Part shown: positions 47,631 to 62,027 of the stretch, one piece after another | Position numbering within the stretch: position 1 is the stretch's first letter | Layout of the letters: each line of letters starts with the position of its first letter | Source of the DNA: an uncultured Gammaproteobacteria bacterium | GTDB taxonomy: Bacteria; Pseudomonadota; Gammaproteobacteria; Steroidobacterales; Steroidobacteraceae | Length of the DNA stretch: 64,000 nucleotides | NCBI GenBank assembly: GCA_963795975.1 | Contig: CAWCJT010000009.1 | Location: forward strand, 161,409 to 225,408 | Direction of reading: 5' to 3' | Program-made: the position numbers and the translations under genes | The notes under the pieces: model-generated | The model's input: the letters and a program-made list of their open reading frames with translations, nothing else | The model's database searches: none | Told to the model about the DNA's origin: nothing

Positions 47631-48282
47631 TCAGCGCCAGCGAGCATACGGCACGATGCCGGCTCTGGACGCCTTCCAGCGTCGTACACGGCGCCCGCAT
47701 TGACCAGTCGCGGCTCCTCCGCCATCTTCAGATGCGGCGATGTCGGCCGCCGAGTTCCCGTAGGCCGTGGTCGGCGCACCTGGAAAGCGGCTCAGGAGCG
47801 CTTCGAGGCAACGCGCCTTCTCGGCGCCGCGCCGGTTGGGCGTGCTCAGGGTGCCGTCGAGCCGCTCGGAGCGCCAGCGCACGCCGGTCAGATGGACTCC
47901 TGAAAGCCGAGCTCCCGCGCGATTGCGGGAGCGTAAAGATCGGGCGCGGCCGTCAGCAGTACCAGGAAGTCGCCGTCGCGCTCGTGCTTCAGGATGGCCT
48001 CGAGCGCCTGCGGCCGAAGCCCGCGCTGGAGAAGCCTGGCCACGAACTCCGAGGTCCAAGCGTCGAGCTCGCCCCGGGTGTGCCCGCCGAAGCGTCGCTT
48101 TGATGAGCGCAGCCTTGAGCGCACCCCGATCGGTCACGCCGAGCAGAAATCCGGCAAAGGCCGGCACGACTCGCAGCAGCTTGGGAGCCGCCAGGGCCGT
48201 CGCCTCAGGAAGCCGAACACGTAGGGCGCAGCGTGTCGCGGAAGGTGACGGTACCGTCGAGATCGAAAACGACGAGCCGCAC
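47631..48282 (-). pseudogene. HAD-superfamily subfamily IB hydrolase, multiply frameshifted as sequenced
   Basis: The GTG start at 48282 lies 11 nt after the acnA stop. LVVFDLDGTVTFRDT (DxDGT motif), FLVLLTAAPDLYAPAIARELGF and AYGNSAADIAHLKMAEEPRLVNAG are in different frames. Confidence 0.6.
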
Positions 48283-48292
48283 GCACGCGCGA

Positions 48293-52148
<3,856 letters not shown>

Positions 52149-52164
52149 GCGCCAATTGTACGCT

Positions 52165-52647
52165 TTAGATCGCGACGGCCTCGACCTGCGCGGCGGTCTG
52201 CAAGTCCAGGTAGGCGACGGCGTCGAGTGGCAGCCGCCGGCCGCTCAGGTAGTCATCCACGCAGCGCAGAACGAGTGGGCTGCGCAGGCGCGGTTGGCGC
52301 TCGATCAGCTCGCCGCGTGTCAGCCAATGAGTACGCAGAATGCCTCGGTCGAGCGGTTGCGAGGGGTCGTGATCGCTGACCGCTCCCGTGAAGGCGAAGC
52401 GCAGCGTCGAGCGGCCGTGGCCCGGGTGGCGCCACAGGTACACGCCGAGCAAGGATTCGGCTTTGAAGCGCCAGGCTGTCTCCTCGCGCGTCTCCCGCGC
52501 GACGGCCTCGATGAGCGTTTCACCGTATTCGACGTGGCCGGCGGGCTGATTGAAGACGAGGCGGCTCGAGATGCGCTCTTCGACGACCAGAAAGCGGCCG
52601 CCATCCTCGGCGATCGCAGCCACCGTCACGTCTGGCTTCCATGGCAT
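52165..52647 (-). CDS. NUDIX hydrolase (NudJ-like by position next to mnmA)
   Basis: The Nudix box is GHVEYGETLIEAVARETREETA. ATG is at 52647 (the ORF track starts at 52665). Confidence 0.82.
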   Translation of the reverse strand: MPWKPDVTVAAIAEDGGRFLVVEERISSRLVFNQPAGHVEYGETLIEAVARETREETAWRFKAESLLGVYLWRHPGHGRSTLRFAFTGAVSDHDPSQPLDRGILRTHWLTRGELIERQPRLRSPLVLRCVDDYLSGRRLPLDAVAYLDLQTAAQVEAVAI

Positions 52648-52674
52648 GCCCGCGAGTATAGCCAACTGACTCGC

Positions 52675-53385
52675 TCAGCTTCTGCGGGCAACCCGCAGCG
52701 CATTCTCCGGCGCACTCGCGTTCCAGACGCTGTCGAATTCGTTGAGGTACAGCCTGGCCACGGGCTGATTGTTGAAGTCAGCGATGCCGTCCCAGCTGTC
52801 GGCCCGTAAGCGATAGAAGATCGCTCGATCATCCGCGATCAGGTAGGCCGAGGCACGCTGCGGGGCGTGGTCCGCCACGTAGCGGATGTCGATGTAGCTC
52901 GACAGGCGCCGGCCCATGGCGATGAAACGATTGCTGTCGCGCATGACCCGAGCCGGGTCCACGAGGAGGACCCGCACCTTGGAGAAGCTGCGCGACAGCA
53001 CGAAGCGCTTGATGATCTCGAGAAACGCGCTCTGATCGTAGAGCTCGGGCTCCAGATCAGGCGTGTAGATGGAGATCATGCGCTGGGCGGAGGCGGCCGC
53101 GGTGTCGACCGCAACCCGCGCCTCGGCGACGCTCGTGATGACGGTCAGTGGCTCATCGGTGCGCGCAGGGGTTGCCAGACTGACCGTTTCGCTCTCGCCT
53201 TCGGGCGAATAGCGGGCGCCGGCCAAGGCGGCCAGCACGCTCGATTCGTCTTTCTCCCCGGGCAAGTCCACGTTGGGCGGCTCGTCTGTAGGCATCTGCG
53301 TTGCCGCAGGCCACCGATGATAGGAACGGCGCGGGGAGGGAATCGCCGAATCGGTCACGCTTTCGCCCGGCGCGGGCGCGGGCAC
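52675..53385 (-). CDS. hypothetical protein (C-terminal half resembles a PLD-like fold without HKD residues, by eye)
   Basis: This is an uninterrupted ORF between purB and the NUDIX gene. It has a low-complexity acidic/Pro N-terminus, then ...ISIYTPDLEPELYDQSAFLEIIKRFVL...VRVLLVD...AYLIADDRAIFYRL...FDSVWN. The start is uncertain (GTG 53385 or ATG 53295). Confidence 0.5.
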   Translation of the reverse strand: MPAPAPGESVTDSAIPSPRRSYHRWPAATQMPTDEPPNVDLPGEKDESSVLAALAGARYSPEGESETVSLATPARTDEPLTVITSVAEARVAVDTAAASAQRMISIYTPDLEPELYDQSAFLEIIKRFVLSRSFSKVRVLLVDPARVMRDSNRFIAMGRRLSSYIDIRYVADHAPQRASAYLIADDRAIFYRLRADSWDGIADFNNQPVARLYLNEFDSVWNASAPENALRVARRS

Positions 53386-53399
53386 ATGTAAAACGAGGC

Positions 53400-54819
53400 T
53401 CAGTTCGCACTTTGCCCGGCCGGCGTGCTCGCAGCGCAGAGCGCTTCGGCGGGCGTGATCTCCGCGGCAAGACGTGCGGCCAATCCGACATAATCCGCCG
53501 GCCGCAGTGCGCGCAGACGCGCCTTGTCATGCTCAGGCAGCGCGAGCGAATCGATGAAGGCGGCCAGTGCCACCCGATCGATGCCGCGGCCGCGCGTCAG
53601 CGCCTTGAGCATCTCGTAACCGCCAGGCACGCCTGCGGCGCGGAGCACCGTCTGCACCGCCTCACCCATGACCTCCCAGGCTTCCTGCACGTCCGCCGCC
53701 AGCGCTCCGGTGTCTGCGTCGATCTTGGAAAGACCGCGCATCAGCGCGCGCCACGCAATGAGCGAGTGCCCGAGAGCGACGCCGAGGTTGCGCAGCACCG
53801 TCGAGTCGGTGAGATCGCGCTGCCAGCGCGATACCGGCAGCTTCTCCGAAAAATGTCGCAGCAATGCATTCGCAACGCCGATGTTGCCTTCGGCATTCTC
53901 GAAGTCGATCGGGTTCACCTTGTGCGGCATCGTGGAGGAGCCGACTTCCTGCTCGAGCGCGCGCTGGCGCAGATAGCCGAGCGAGATGTAACCCCACATG
54001 TCGCGGCTCAGGTCGTTGAGAATCACATTGACCGCCGCGACCGCATCGCAATACTCCGCGATCCAGTCGTGCGGCTCGATCTGCGTCGTGTAGGCGTTGC
54101 AGGCGAGACCCAGGGACTCGACGAACCGGCGCGTGACGGCGGGCCAATCGACATTCGGCAGCGCCACGGCGTGCGCATTGAAGTTGCCGACGGCTCCGTT
54201 CCACTTGCCCAGCACCTCGACATTGCGCAGCCGTCGCCGCGCACGCGCCAGGCGCGCGACCACATTGGCCATTTCCTTGCCGAGGGTCGTCGGGCTCGCA
54301 GCCTGGCCGTGCGTACGCGCCAGCATCGGCGTCTGCGCGTAGCGATGTGCGAGCATCGTGAGCTCGGTGGCGAGCTGCGTCAGTACCGTCGAGGAGATGC
54401 TCGCGCGCAGCGACGAGCAGGCGAGCGTAGCTGACGTTGTTGATGTCCTCGGACGTGCAGGCGAAGTGCACGAGCTCCAGCGTCGCCGGACGAGCACCCG
54501 CCGCGCTCAAATGCTCGCGTACGTAGTACTCGACCGCCTTCACATCATGATTCGTGCGCGCCTCGATGCGCTTCACGGCCGCTGCCGCCTGCGGCGGTGG
54601 CTCGGTGGCGAGCTCTTGCGCGGCGGCGCGCACGGGTGCCTCGAGGTGGGAGCCGGCCAGCTGCGGCGCCACCTCCGTCAGCTGCAAGAGCCAGCGTGCC
54701 TCCACGCGGACGCGCTCACGGATCAGGCCCGCCTCGGAGAGCAACGCGCGCAGCGGCTGTGTCGCCGCATGATAGCGGCCATCGACGGGAGAGAGCGCAT
54801 CGATCGTGTTGGATGACAT
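53400..54819 (-). pseudogene. purB: adenylosuccinate lyase, one frameshift as sequenced
   Basis: LSPVDGRY...HFACTSEDINNVSYA is in the frame of ORF 53662..55443 (ATG 54819). TELTMLAHRYAQTPMLARTHGQAASPTTLGKE...GSSTMPHKVNPIDFEN is in ORF 53400..54497. The break is near 54392. Confidence 0.9.
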
Positions 54820-54897
54820 GCGTCGCGAGCGTGTCGGAGTGCTACGATTTGCGATGATACCGCACGCAAGCACGCCCTGTAGCGCCGGAGTGAACCG

Positions 54898-56303
54898 ATG
54901 ACTTCCGCACACCGAATCGAACGTGACTCCATGGGAGAGCTCGAGGTTCCTGCCGATGCGCTCTGGGGTGCGCAGACGCAGCGCGCGGTGCAGAACTTTC
55001 CGATCAGCGGGCGCCCCATGCCACGCACGTTCATTCGCGCGCTCGGCCTCATCAAACAGGCGGCCGCCGCGGCGAACGCGCGGCTCGGGCTGCTGGAGGA
55101 GCCGATCGCACAGGCCATCGCCGAGAGCGCCGCGGAAGTGGCAAGCGGTCTTCACGATGCGCAGTTTCCGATCGATGTCTTTCAGACCGGCTCGGGCACG
55201 AGCACCAACATGAACGCGAACGAGGTGATCGCGCACCTCGCGACGCGGCGGCTCGGGCGGGAGGTCCATGCCAACGACCAGGTCAACATGGGACAGAGCA
55301 GCAACGATGTCATCCCCACCGCGATCCACGTGAGCGCCGCACTGGCGGTGCACGGGGAGCTGCTGCCTGCGCTCGAGCATCTGTGCGCGACGCTGCGTGC
55401 GAAGGAGCCCGAGGTCGGGCGCGATCGTGAAGACCGGGCGCACCCACCTGATGGATGCGATGCCCGTTACGCTCGGTCAGGAACTCTCCGGTTGGCGGGT
55501 GCAGATCGAGAATGGGCATGCGCGCCTCGACAGCCTGCAGCCACGGCTCCTGGCACTCGCTCAGGGTGGCACGGCGGTCGGTACCGGCATCAACGCGCAC
55601 CCGAAGTTCGGAGCTGTGTTCTGCGGTGAGCTGTCGCGCCTCACGGGCCTCGCGTTTCAGCCGAGCCGCAACTATTTCGAGTCGCTGTCCAGCCAGGACA
55701 CGGCCGTCGAGTTGTCCGGACAGCTCAAAGTCGTCGCGGTCAGCCTGATGAAGATCGCCAACGATCTGCGCTGGATGAACAGCGGACCCCTCGCTGGCCT
55801 TGGGGAGATCTCGCTGCCTGCGCTGCAGCCCGGCAGCAGCATCATGCCGGGCAAGGTCAATCCTGTGATCCCCGAGGCCGCAGCGATGGTGGCGGCCGAA
55901 GTGATCGGCAACGACACCACGATCACCCTGGCAGGCCAGTCGGGTCAGTTCCAGCTCAACGTCATGCTGCCCATCATCGCGTACAAGCTGCTCGAGAGCA
56001 TCCGGCTGATGGCGAACGTGGTGCGCGTGCTCGCCGACAAGGCGATCGCCGGCTTCAAGGTGAACGAAGCGCGGCTCGCCGAAGCGCTCGAGCGCAATCC
56101 GATCCTCGTCACGGCGCTCAATCCCGTGATCGGGTACGAGAAGGGCGCCGCGATCGCCAAGCGCGCTTATGCGGAGGGACGGCCGATCAAGCGAGATCGC
56201 CGAGAGAATGACCGAGCTGCCGAAAGGCGAGCTTGCGCGCTTGCTTGATCCGACCGAGCTCACGCGCGGCGGCATCAAGGGCGGCACCAGCGCGGGCGGT
56301 TGA
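54898..56303 (+). pseudogene. fumC: class II fumarate hydratase, two frameshifts as sequenced
   Basis: [23 protein letters not shown]...[17 protein letters not shown] is in ORF 54898..55629. [18 protein letters not shown]...GSSIMPGKVNPV (SS loop) is in ORF 55397..56248. The tail ...LTRGGIKGGTSAGG is in a third frame ending at TGA 56301-56303. The breaks are near 55415 and 56190. Confidence 0.9.
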
Positions 56304-56971
56304 TGACTCTGGAGGCTTCGCAGGCGCTCGACTGGGCAGCGCGTATTCGCGCGTGCCTTGCCGGCACTCAGCCGCAGCATGCGCGCGAGGACTGGCTGAT
56401 TCCGGGTCTCACGCTCGCAGAGAGTCAAAAGTTGAAGGCTTACTTCCCGGCCAATCCGATGCCGGCCGCCGTCCTGATCCCGATCGTCGAGCGTGAGCCG
56501 CAGCTGACGGTATTGCTCACGCAGCGCGCGAGCCAGCTCAAGAATCATCCCGGTCAAATCAGCTTTCCGGGCGGGCGCATCGAGCCGGAGGACGAAGGTC
56601 CGAGTTCGGGGGCGCTGCGCGAGGCGCATGAAGAGATCGGTCTTGAACCCGGCTTCATCGAGGTTGCAGGCTATCTTCCCGATCACATCGTGATCAGCGG
56701 CTTTCGCGTGACACCGGTGGTCGCACTGGTGCGCCCCGGCTTTGAGCTGCTGCTCGATGCACAGGAAGTGCAGGACACCTTCGAGGTGCCGCTCGAGTTC
56801 GTTTTTCAGCCGAGCAATCACCGGCGCAGGGTCCGACGCTTCGGCTTCGGACAGGGCGAGACGGAGATCGAGCTGTGCGACATTCCGTACGGTGACCGTA
56901 ACATCTGGGGCGCAACGGCAGGCATGTTGGTGACGCTCTACCGCCGTTGCGCGCTCAGGCCCTCAGCATGA
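56303..56971 (+). CDS. CoA pyrophosphatase-type NUDIX hydrolase (NudL-like)
   Basis: AAVLIPIV...LLTQRASQLKNHPGQISFPGGRIEPEDEGPSSGALREAHEEIGL is a Nudix box with the upstream CoA-type motif. The ATG overlaps the fumC stop (TGATG). Confidence 0.78.
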   Translation: MTLEASQALDWAARIRACLAGTQPQHAREDWLIPGLTLAESQKLKAYFPANPMPAAVLIPIVEREPQLTVLLTQRASQLKNHPGQISFPGGRIEPEDEGPSSGALREAHEEIGLEPGFIEVAGYLPDHIVISGFRVTPVVALVRPGFELLLDAQEVQDTFEVPLEFVFQPSNHRRRVRRFGFGQGETEIELCDIPYGDRNIWGATAGMLVTLYRRCALRPSA

Positions 56972-57816
56972 GCGAGCCCGCGGACGCACTCACCGAGCTC
57001 CTCGCGGTGGTGGCCCGGCTGCGCGACCCGCAGCGCGGCTGCGCGTGGGATCGGGCGCAGGACTTCGCGAGCATCGCGCCCTACACGATCGAGGAGGCTT
57101 ACGAGGTTTTCGATGCCATCGAGAGCGCTGAGCCGGAGCGCCTGCGCGATGAGCTCGGCGACCTGCTTTTTCAGGTGGTGTTCCACGCGCGCATGGCGCA
57201 GGAGCGCGGCTGGTTCGATTTCTCAGCCGTCGCGGAGGCGATCAGCACCAAGCTCGTTCGCCGACACCCACATGTCTTTGCCGCACCCGAGGGTTCGAAA
57301 CCAGCAGAGCCCGATGCGATCCTGCGTGACTGGGAGGTGCAGAAGGAGCGCGAGCGGGCGGCGGCTGCGCAGCGGCGCGGGGGTGCGGACGGGGTGCTCG
57401 CCGATGTGCCGCGGGCCCTTCCCGCGCTGACGCGCGCCGCGAAGCTCGGCGCGCGTGCAGCGCGTGTCGGCTTCGACTGGCAACGCCCTTCGGATGTGCG
57501 CGCCAAAGTCAGTGAAGAGCTCGGCGAGCTTGATGCGGCGCTGTCAGGCCCGGAGCCGAACTCCGAGGCCGCCGCCGCGGAGGAGATCGGCGATCTTCTG
57601 TTCACGCTCGTCAACTGGAGCCGGCATCTTCAGATCGATGCGGAGGCGGCGTTGCGCTCTGCGAACGGCAAGTTCGAGCGCCGTTTCCATGAAATGGAGC
57701 GCCTCGCTGCCGAGCGTGGTCTCACCCTGCGCGCGCTTGACGCCGAGCAGTGGGATGCACTGTGGCGCGAAGCGAAGCGGCTGCTTCAAGCGTCGAGTTT
57801 GAACTCGATGCCCTGA
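56968..57816 (+). CDS. mazG: nucleoside triphosphate pyrophosphohydrolase MazG
   Basis: [36 protein letters not shown]...[16 protein letters not shown] plus a second MazG repeat ([17 protein letters not shown]) are present. The ATG overlaps the previous stop (ATGA). Confidence 0.9.
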   Translation: MSEPADALTELLAVVARLRDPQRGCAWDRAQDFASIAPYTIEEAYEVFDAIESAEPERLRDELGDLLFQVVFHARMAQERGWFDFSAVAEAISTKLVRRHPHVFAAPEGSKPAEPDAILRDWEVQKERERAAAAQRRGGADGVLADVPRALPALTRAAKLGARAARVGFDWQRPSDVRAKVSEELGELDAALSGPEPNSEAAAAEEIGDLLFTLVNWSRHLQIDAEAALRSANGKFERRFHEMERLAAERGLTLRALDAEQWDALWREAKRLLQASSLNSMP

Positions 57817-59327
57817 GCGAGCGGCAGGGAACGGCTCCAGTTGATGGTGTTCGTCTGCCTGCGCATATAGGCCTTCCAGGCATCCGAGCCTGATTCGCGT
57901 CCGCCCCCGGTGTCCTTCTCTCCACCGAAGGCGCCGCCGATCTCGGCGCCGGAAGTGCCGATATTCACATTGGCGATGCCGCAGTCGCTGCCCACGGAGG
58001 ACAGAAAGAGCTCCGCATGCTGCAGCCGGTCGGTAAAGATCGCCGAGGACAAGCCTTGCGCGACGGCATTGTGCAGGTCGATGGCCTCAGTGAGCGAGCG
58101 CACCGGGATCAGGTACAGGATGGGCGCAAACGTCTCGCTCTGCACGATCGACCAGTCGTTGCGCGCACGCATGAGCGCCGGCTCCACGAAGTGGCCGGGT
58201 CCAGGGAGCACCCGCCCGCCGTGCAGCAGCTCGGCACCTGCGGCACGAGCCGCTTCGATCGCCGCCGTATAGTGCTTCACCGCGTTGGCATCGATGAGAG
58301 GCCCCATGAGCGTGCCGGGATCCAGCGGATCACCGATGCGCACCTGCCGATAGGCGTGCACCAGCCGCCTCTCGAGCTCGGCCCGCTTGGACTCATGCAC
58401 CAGCACGCGACGTGTGGTGGTGCAGCGCTGGCCCGCGGTGCCCACCGCGCCAAACACGATCGCCGGAACCGCCAGATCCAGATCCGCCGTCTCATCGACG
58501 ATGATGCCGTTGTTGCCGCCGAGCTCCAGGAGACTCTTGCCGAGTCGCGCCGCGACGCGCTCAGCGACGACGCGCCCGACGGGCGTCGAGCCTGTGAAGG
58601 AAACCAGCGAGACCCGAGGGTCATCCACGAAGCGCGTCGCGAGCTCGGTGCCTGCATCGATGAAAAGCTGGAAAATCGCTGGCGCCCGCTGCGATTCGAG
58701 AACCCGATTGCAGAGCTGTTGAACCGCGATCGCCGTCAGCGGCGTCTTGGGCGAGGGCTTCCACACAGACACATTGCCGCAGATCGCGGCGAGGAATGCA
58801 TTCCAGGACCACACAGCCACCGGGAAGTTGAAGGCGGAAATGATGCCGACGACGCCAAGAGGATGCCACTGCTCGTACATCCGATGCTGCGAGCGCTCGG
58901 AATGCATGGTCAATCCGTAGAGCATGCGCGCCTGCCCGACGGCGAAGTCCGCGATGTCGATCATCTCCTGCACTTCGCCGAGCCCCTCGGCGAGGATCTT
59001 GCCGTTCTCGAGCGAGACGAGGGTGCCGAGGTCCTGCTTGCAGCGGCGCAGTTCCTCACCGATGAGCCGCACGATCTCGCCGCGCTTGGGCGCAGGCAGC
59101 GCACGCCACGCGGCGCTGGCCTTGGTGGCCGACTCGAGCAGCTGCTCATAGTCCTCGAGACGCGCGCCGCGCACCTGCGCGAGTGGCTCGCCGCTGGACG
59201 GATTACGCACCTCGATCAATGGGCCAGCGCTCGCTTGCGACCAGCCGTGCGACCCTGACCAGGTTCCCGCCTGCGGGGACTCGATACCCAGACGCTTCAG
59301 GAGCTCCGGGACATTTGGCTTGCTCAT
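57786..59327 (-). CDS. NAD-dependent aldehyde dehydrogenase, ALDH7 / piperideine-6-carboxylate (alpha-aminoadipic semialdehyde) dehydrogenase-like
   Basis: [28 protein letters not shown] (Glu) and [16 protein letters not shown] (catalytic Cys) are present. The N-terminus [15 protein letters not shown]...GTWSGS is typical of the ALDH7 subgroup. ATG is at 59327. Confidence 0.82.
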   Translation of the reverse strand: MSKPNVPELLKRLGIESPQAGTWSGSHGWSQASAGPLIEVRNPSSGEPLAQVRGARLEDYEQLLESATKASAAWRALPAPKRGEIVRLIGEELRRCKQDLGTLVSLENGKILAEGLGEVQEMIDIADFAVGQARMLYGLTMHSERSQHRMYEQWHPLGVVGIISAFNFPVAVWSWNAFLAAICGNVSVWKPSPKTPLTAIAVQQLCNRVLESQRAPAIFQLFIDAGTELATRFVDDPRVSLVSFTGSTPVGRVVAERVAARLGKSLLELGGNNGIIVDETADLDLAVPAIVFGAVGTAGQRCTTTRRVLVHESKRAELERRLVHAYRQVRIGDPLDPGTLMGPLIDANAVKHYTAAIEAARAAGAELLHGGRVLPGPGHFVEPALMRARNDWSIVQSETFAPILYLIPVRSLTEAIDLHNAVAQGLSSAIFTDRLQHAELFLSSVGSDCGIANVNIGTSGAEIGGAFGGEKDTGGGRESGSDAWKAYMRRQTNTINWSRSLPLAQGIEFKLDA

Positions 59328-59331
59328 GATC

Positions 59332-60501
59332 CTAGGCTGCCCCTTTGAGTCGACGCTGCTTGCCGGCCTTGCCGGTGACCACGACCTGACCGGAGATATC
59401 CTTGCTGCCGCCCGCGGCATAGTAGCGCCCGAAGCGATTGGCAAGGATGTCGGGTAACCGGAACTGTTCCTGCGCGACGAAGCCCGTGTAATGACTCGGA
59501 TGCTGCAGCACCGAGTCGACGACTGCGCTGATTCCCGCGGCGGTCGTGACCTGGATCGCGGACCAGAGGCGTCCTGCAATCAACTGCGGATAAATCTTGT
59601 TGACGTAGTTCTCCTCGCGCAGCTCACCCTCCTGCTTGCCGGTGACAGCGGCGTAGACGATCACGACATCCTGCAGTGTCTGCGGCACGGCATTCTCGAG
59701 GATCCGTTTCAAGGTGGCGCGATCATGATTGAGCTTGAGGTCGTTCATGAGCAGTCGCATCTGCTCACAGTGCCCGGGATAGCGGATCGTCTTGTAGTTC
59801 ATGGACTCGACGTGCACGCCGTGTGTCTCGGCGAGCGAGCCCAAGCCGCCTGAGGTGTTGAACGCCTCATACAGCGTGCCATCGATCTCGATCTCCTCGA
59901 GGCCCTCGAGCGGCGCCACATCCACGGTGCGTCCCTCCACGACCGCCTGACAGGGATTGCCGTATTCGTTGATGAGACCCTCCGTCGACCAGGTGAGGGA
60001 GTACTTGAGGACGTTGTTGGGATGCTGCGGCAGCGCGCCCACGCGCAGCTTGACGCTGCGCAGCTCATCGAAGTGGGTGATGAGCTCATTGGCTGCGATG
60101 CTGATGAAGCCCGGTGCGAGGCCGCATTGCGGTACGAAGGCCTGTCGTGCGCCGCTTGCAATGCGGCGCACGGCGCGGGTGACCTCAACGTCCTCGGTGA
60201 GATCGAAGTAATGTATGTTTGCCGCGCGCGCCGCCTCTGCGACGGCCACATTGCAGTGATAGGGCAGGCTCGAGATCACGGCGTCGACGGGATGGGCAAA
60301 GAGGTGACGGCTGAGCGCAGGGCCCGCACTGGCATCGAGCGCGAAGCCCTTCAGGTGCGGCGAGCCGTGGGCCTTCGTGACCGCTTCGGCGGTGGCGCCG
60401 TCCACGTCCGCGAGTTGCACCTCATAGGCTTCGGACTCGGCGAGCAGTCCCGAGATGAGCGCGCCGATCTTGCCGGCGCCGAGGATGAGTACACGATGCA
60501 T
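59332..60501 (-). CDS. saccharopine dehydrogenase family NAD(P)-binding oxidoreductase (lysine catabolism candidate)
   Basis: [21 protein letters not shown] is a Rossmann N-terminus, and the Sacchrp_dh C-terminal pattern ([11 protein letters not shown]...[14 protein letters not shown]) follows. The stop lies 4 nt before the ALDH start. Confidence 0.78.
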   Translation of the reverse strand: MHRVLILGAGKIGALISGLLAESEAYEVQLADVDGATAEAVTKAHGSPHLKGFALDASAGPALSRHLFAHPVDAVISSLPYHCNVAVAEAARAANIHYFDLTEDVEVTRAVRRIASGARQAFVPQCGLAPGFISIAANELITHFDELRSVKLRVGALPQHPNNVLKYSLTWSTEGLINEYGNPCQAVVEGRTVDVAPLEGLEEIEIDGTLYEAFNTSGGLGSLAETHGVHVESMNYKTIRYPGHCEQMRLLMNDLKLNHDRATLKRILENAVPQTLQDVVIVYAAVTGKQEGELREENYVNKIYPQLIAGRLWSAIQVTTAAGISAVVDSVLQHPSHYTGFVAQEQFRLPDILANRFGRYYAAGGSKDISGQVVVTGKAGKQRRLKGAA

Positions 60502-60564
60502 TGAATAACCCGCCAGGCGTTCGAGCTTGCGGAAAGGGCGCGCATTCTGCTCCAAATGCGGCCT

Positions 60565-60595
60565 CTGGCGCCAGCTGCGCGGGCGGCCTGGCGCC
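60565..60595. promoter_or_regulatory. 10-bp palindrome CTGGCGCCAG (60565-60574) plus repeat CTGGCGCC (60588-60595); together an 8-bp stem GGCGCCAG-N13-CTGGCGCC
   Basis: Read directly in the 124-nt divergent region between the saccharopine-dehydrogenase-like gene (ATG 60501, minus strand) and the DAHP synthase gene (ATG 60626, plus strand). Confidence 0.2.
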
Positions 60596-60625
60596 CCCGG
60601 CGTTTCATGCTAGGCTCCAAGCGAA

Positions 60626-61990
60626 ATGCGATCTCCCGAGACCACAACTTGGCACCCGGCAAGCTGGCAGTCCAAGACTGCCCAGCAGCAACCCCGCTAT
60701 GGTGATGCGGCGGCACTGGAGCGGGTCGTGGCGCAGCTCTCGCGCCTGCCGCCGATCGTCGTGTCATGGGAAGTCGATGCCTTGCGTGAGCGGCTCGCGG
60801 CGGCACAGCGTGGCCAGGCGTTCCTGCTGCAGGGGGGCGATTGCGCGGAGACCTTCGCCGACTGCGAATCCGATCAGATCGCCAAGAAGCTGAAGATCCT
60901 CCTGCAGATGAGCCTGGTTTTGCTGCACGGACTGAAGCGGCCGATCCTGCGGGTCGGGCGCATGGCTGGCCAGTACGCCAAGCCGCGCTCGGCGGACACG
61001 GAGACTCGCGATGGCGTGACGCTGCCGAGCTATCGCGGGGATCTGGTGAATCGACCGGAATTCACGGCCGAAGCGCGCGCGGCGGATCCGAATCTGCTGC
61101 TGCGCGGCTACGAGCGCGCGGCCCTGACTTTGAACTTCGTGCGCGCCCTGATCGATGGTGGCTTTGCCGATCTGCACCATCCGGAGTACTGGGACCTGGG
61201 CTTCGTCAAGCATTCCCCGCGCAAGGAAGCCTTCCATCGCATCGCTGACTCGATCGCAGATGCGCTTGATTTCTTCGAGGGGGTGAGCGGGCGTGCCGTG
61301 CACGAGGCGGCGCACGTCGACTTCTATGCGAGCCACGAGGGCCTGCTACTTCTTTACGAGCAGGCGCAGACGCGCTTCATTCCGCGCCAGCAGCGCTGGT
61401 ACAACCTCTCGACGCACATGCCCTGGATCGGCATGCGCACCGCACAGCTTGACGGCGCGCACGTGGAATATTTCCGTGGCATCAGCAACCCCATCGCGGT
61501 GAAAATCGGATCAGGAACCGATCGCGCCTGGGCGCAGGGTCTGGTGAGCGTGCTCAATCCTCAGAATCAGCCGGGGCGCCTCACCTTCATTCATCGCTTT
61601 GGAGCGAAGGACATCGAGAAATCGCTCCCGCCTCTCATCGAGGCGGTGCGTGAGACGGGACAGACCGTGCTTTGGGTGTGCGACCCCATGCACGGCAACA
61701 CCGAGACCACGACGGGCGGCTTCAAGACGCGCCGCTTCGAGAACATCCTGAAGGAGATCGACTGCGCCTTCCGCATTCACGAGGAGATGGGCTCCTACCT
61801 CGGTGGCGTGCACGTCGAGCTGACGGGTGATGACGTGACCGAATGCACCGGTGGCGCACGCGGTTTGACCGACGGCGATCTACAGCGAGCGTATCGCTCC
61901 ACGGTCGATCCGCGACTCAACTATGACCAGGCCCTCGAGCTCGCTCTGCTGATCGCGGAGCGAAGCCACAAGAGTCGCCGCACGACGTGA
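60626..61990 (+). CDS. class II (plant/actinobacterial-type) 3-deoxy-7-phosphoheptulonate (DAHP) synthase
   Basis: FLLQGGDCAETF...RMAGQYAKPRS...LPSYRGD..N...WIGMRT...KIG...DPMHGNT...GGVHVELTG matches class II DAHP synthases over its full length. The frame is intact. Confidence 0.9.
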   Translation: MRSPETTTWHPASWQSKTAQQQPRYGDAAALERVVAQLSRLPPIVVSWEVDALRERLAAAQRGQAFLLQGGDCAETFADCESDQIAKKLKILLQMSLVLLHGLKRPILRVGRMAGQYAKPRSADTETRDGVTLPSYRGDLVNRPEFTAEARAADPNLLLRGYERAALTLNFVRALIDGGFADLHHPEYWDLGFVKHSPRKEAFHRIADSIADALDFFEGVSGRAVHEAAHVDFYASHEGLLLLYEQAQTRFIPRQQRWYNLSTHMPWIGMRTAQLDGAHVEYFRGISNPIAVKIGSGTDRAWAQGLVSVLNPQNQPGRLTFIHRFGAKDIEKSLPPLIEAVRETGQTVLWVCDPMHGNTETTTGGFKTRRFENILKEIDCAFRIHEEMGSYLGGVHVELTGDDVTECTGGARGLTDGDLQRAYRSTVDPRLNYDQALELALLIAERSHKSRRTT

Positions 61991-62027
61991 CGTGCCGGAT
62001 GCAGCCGCAGCCACGGCCGTTGGCTGA

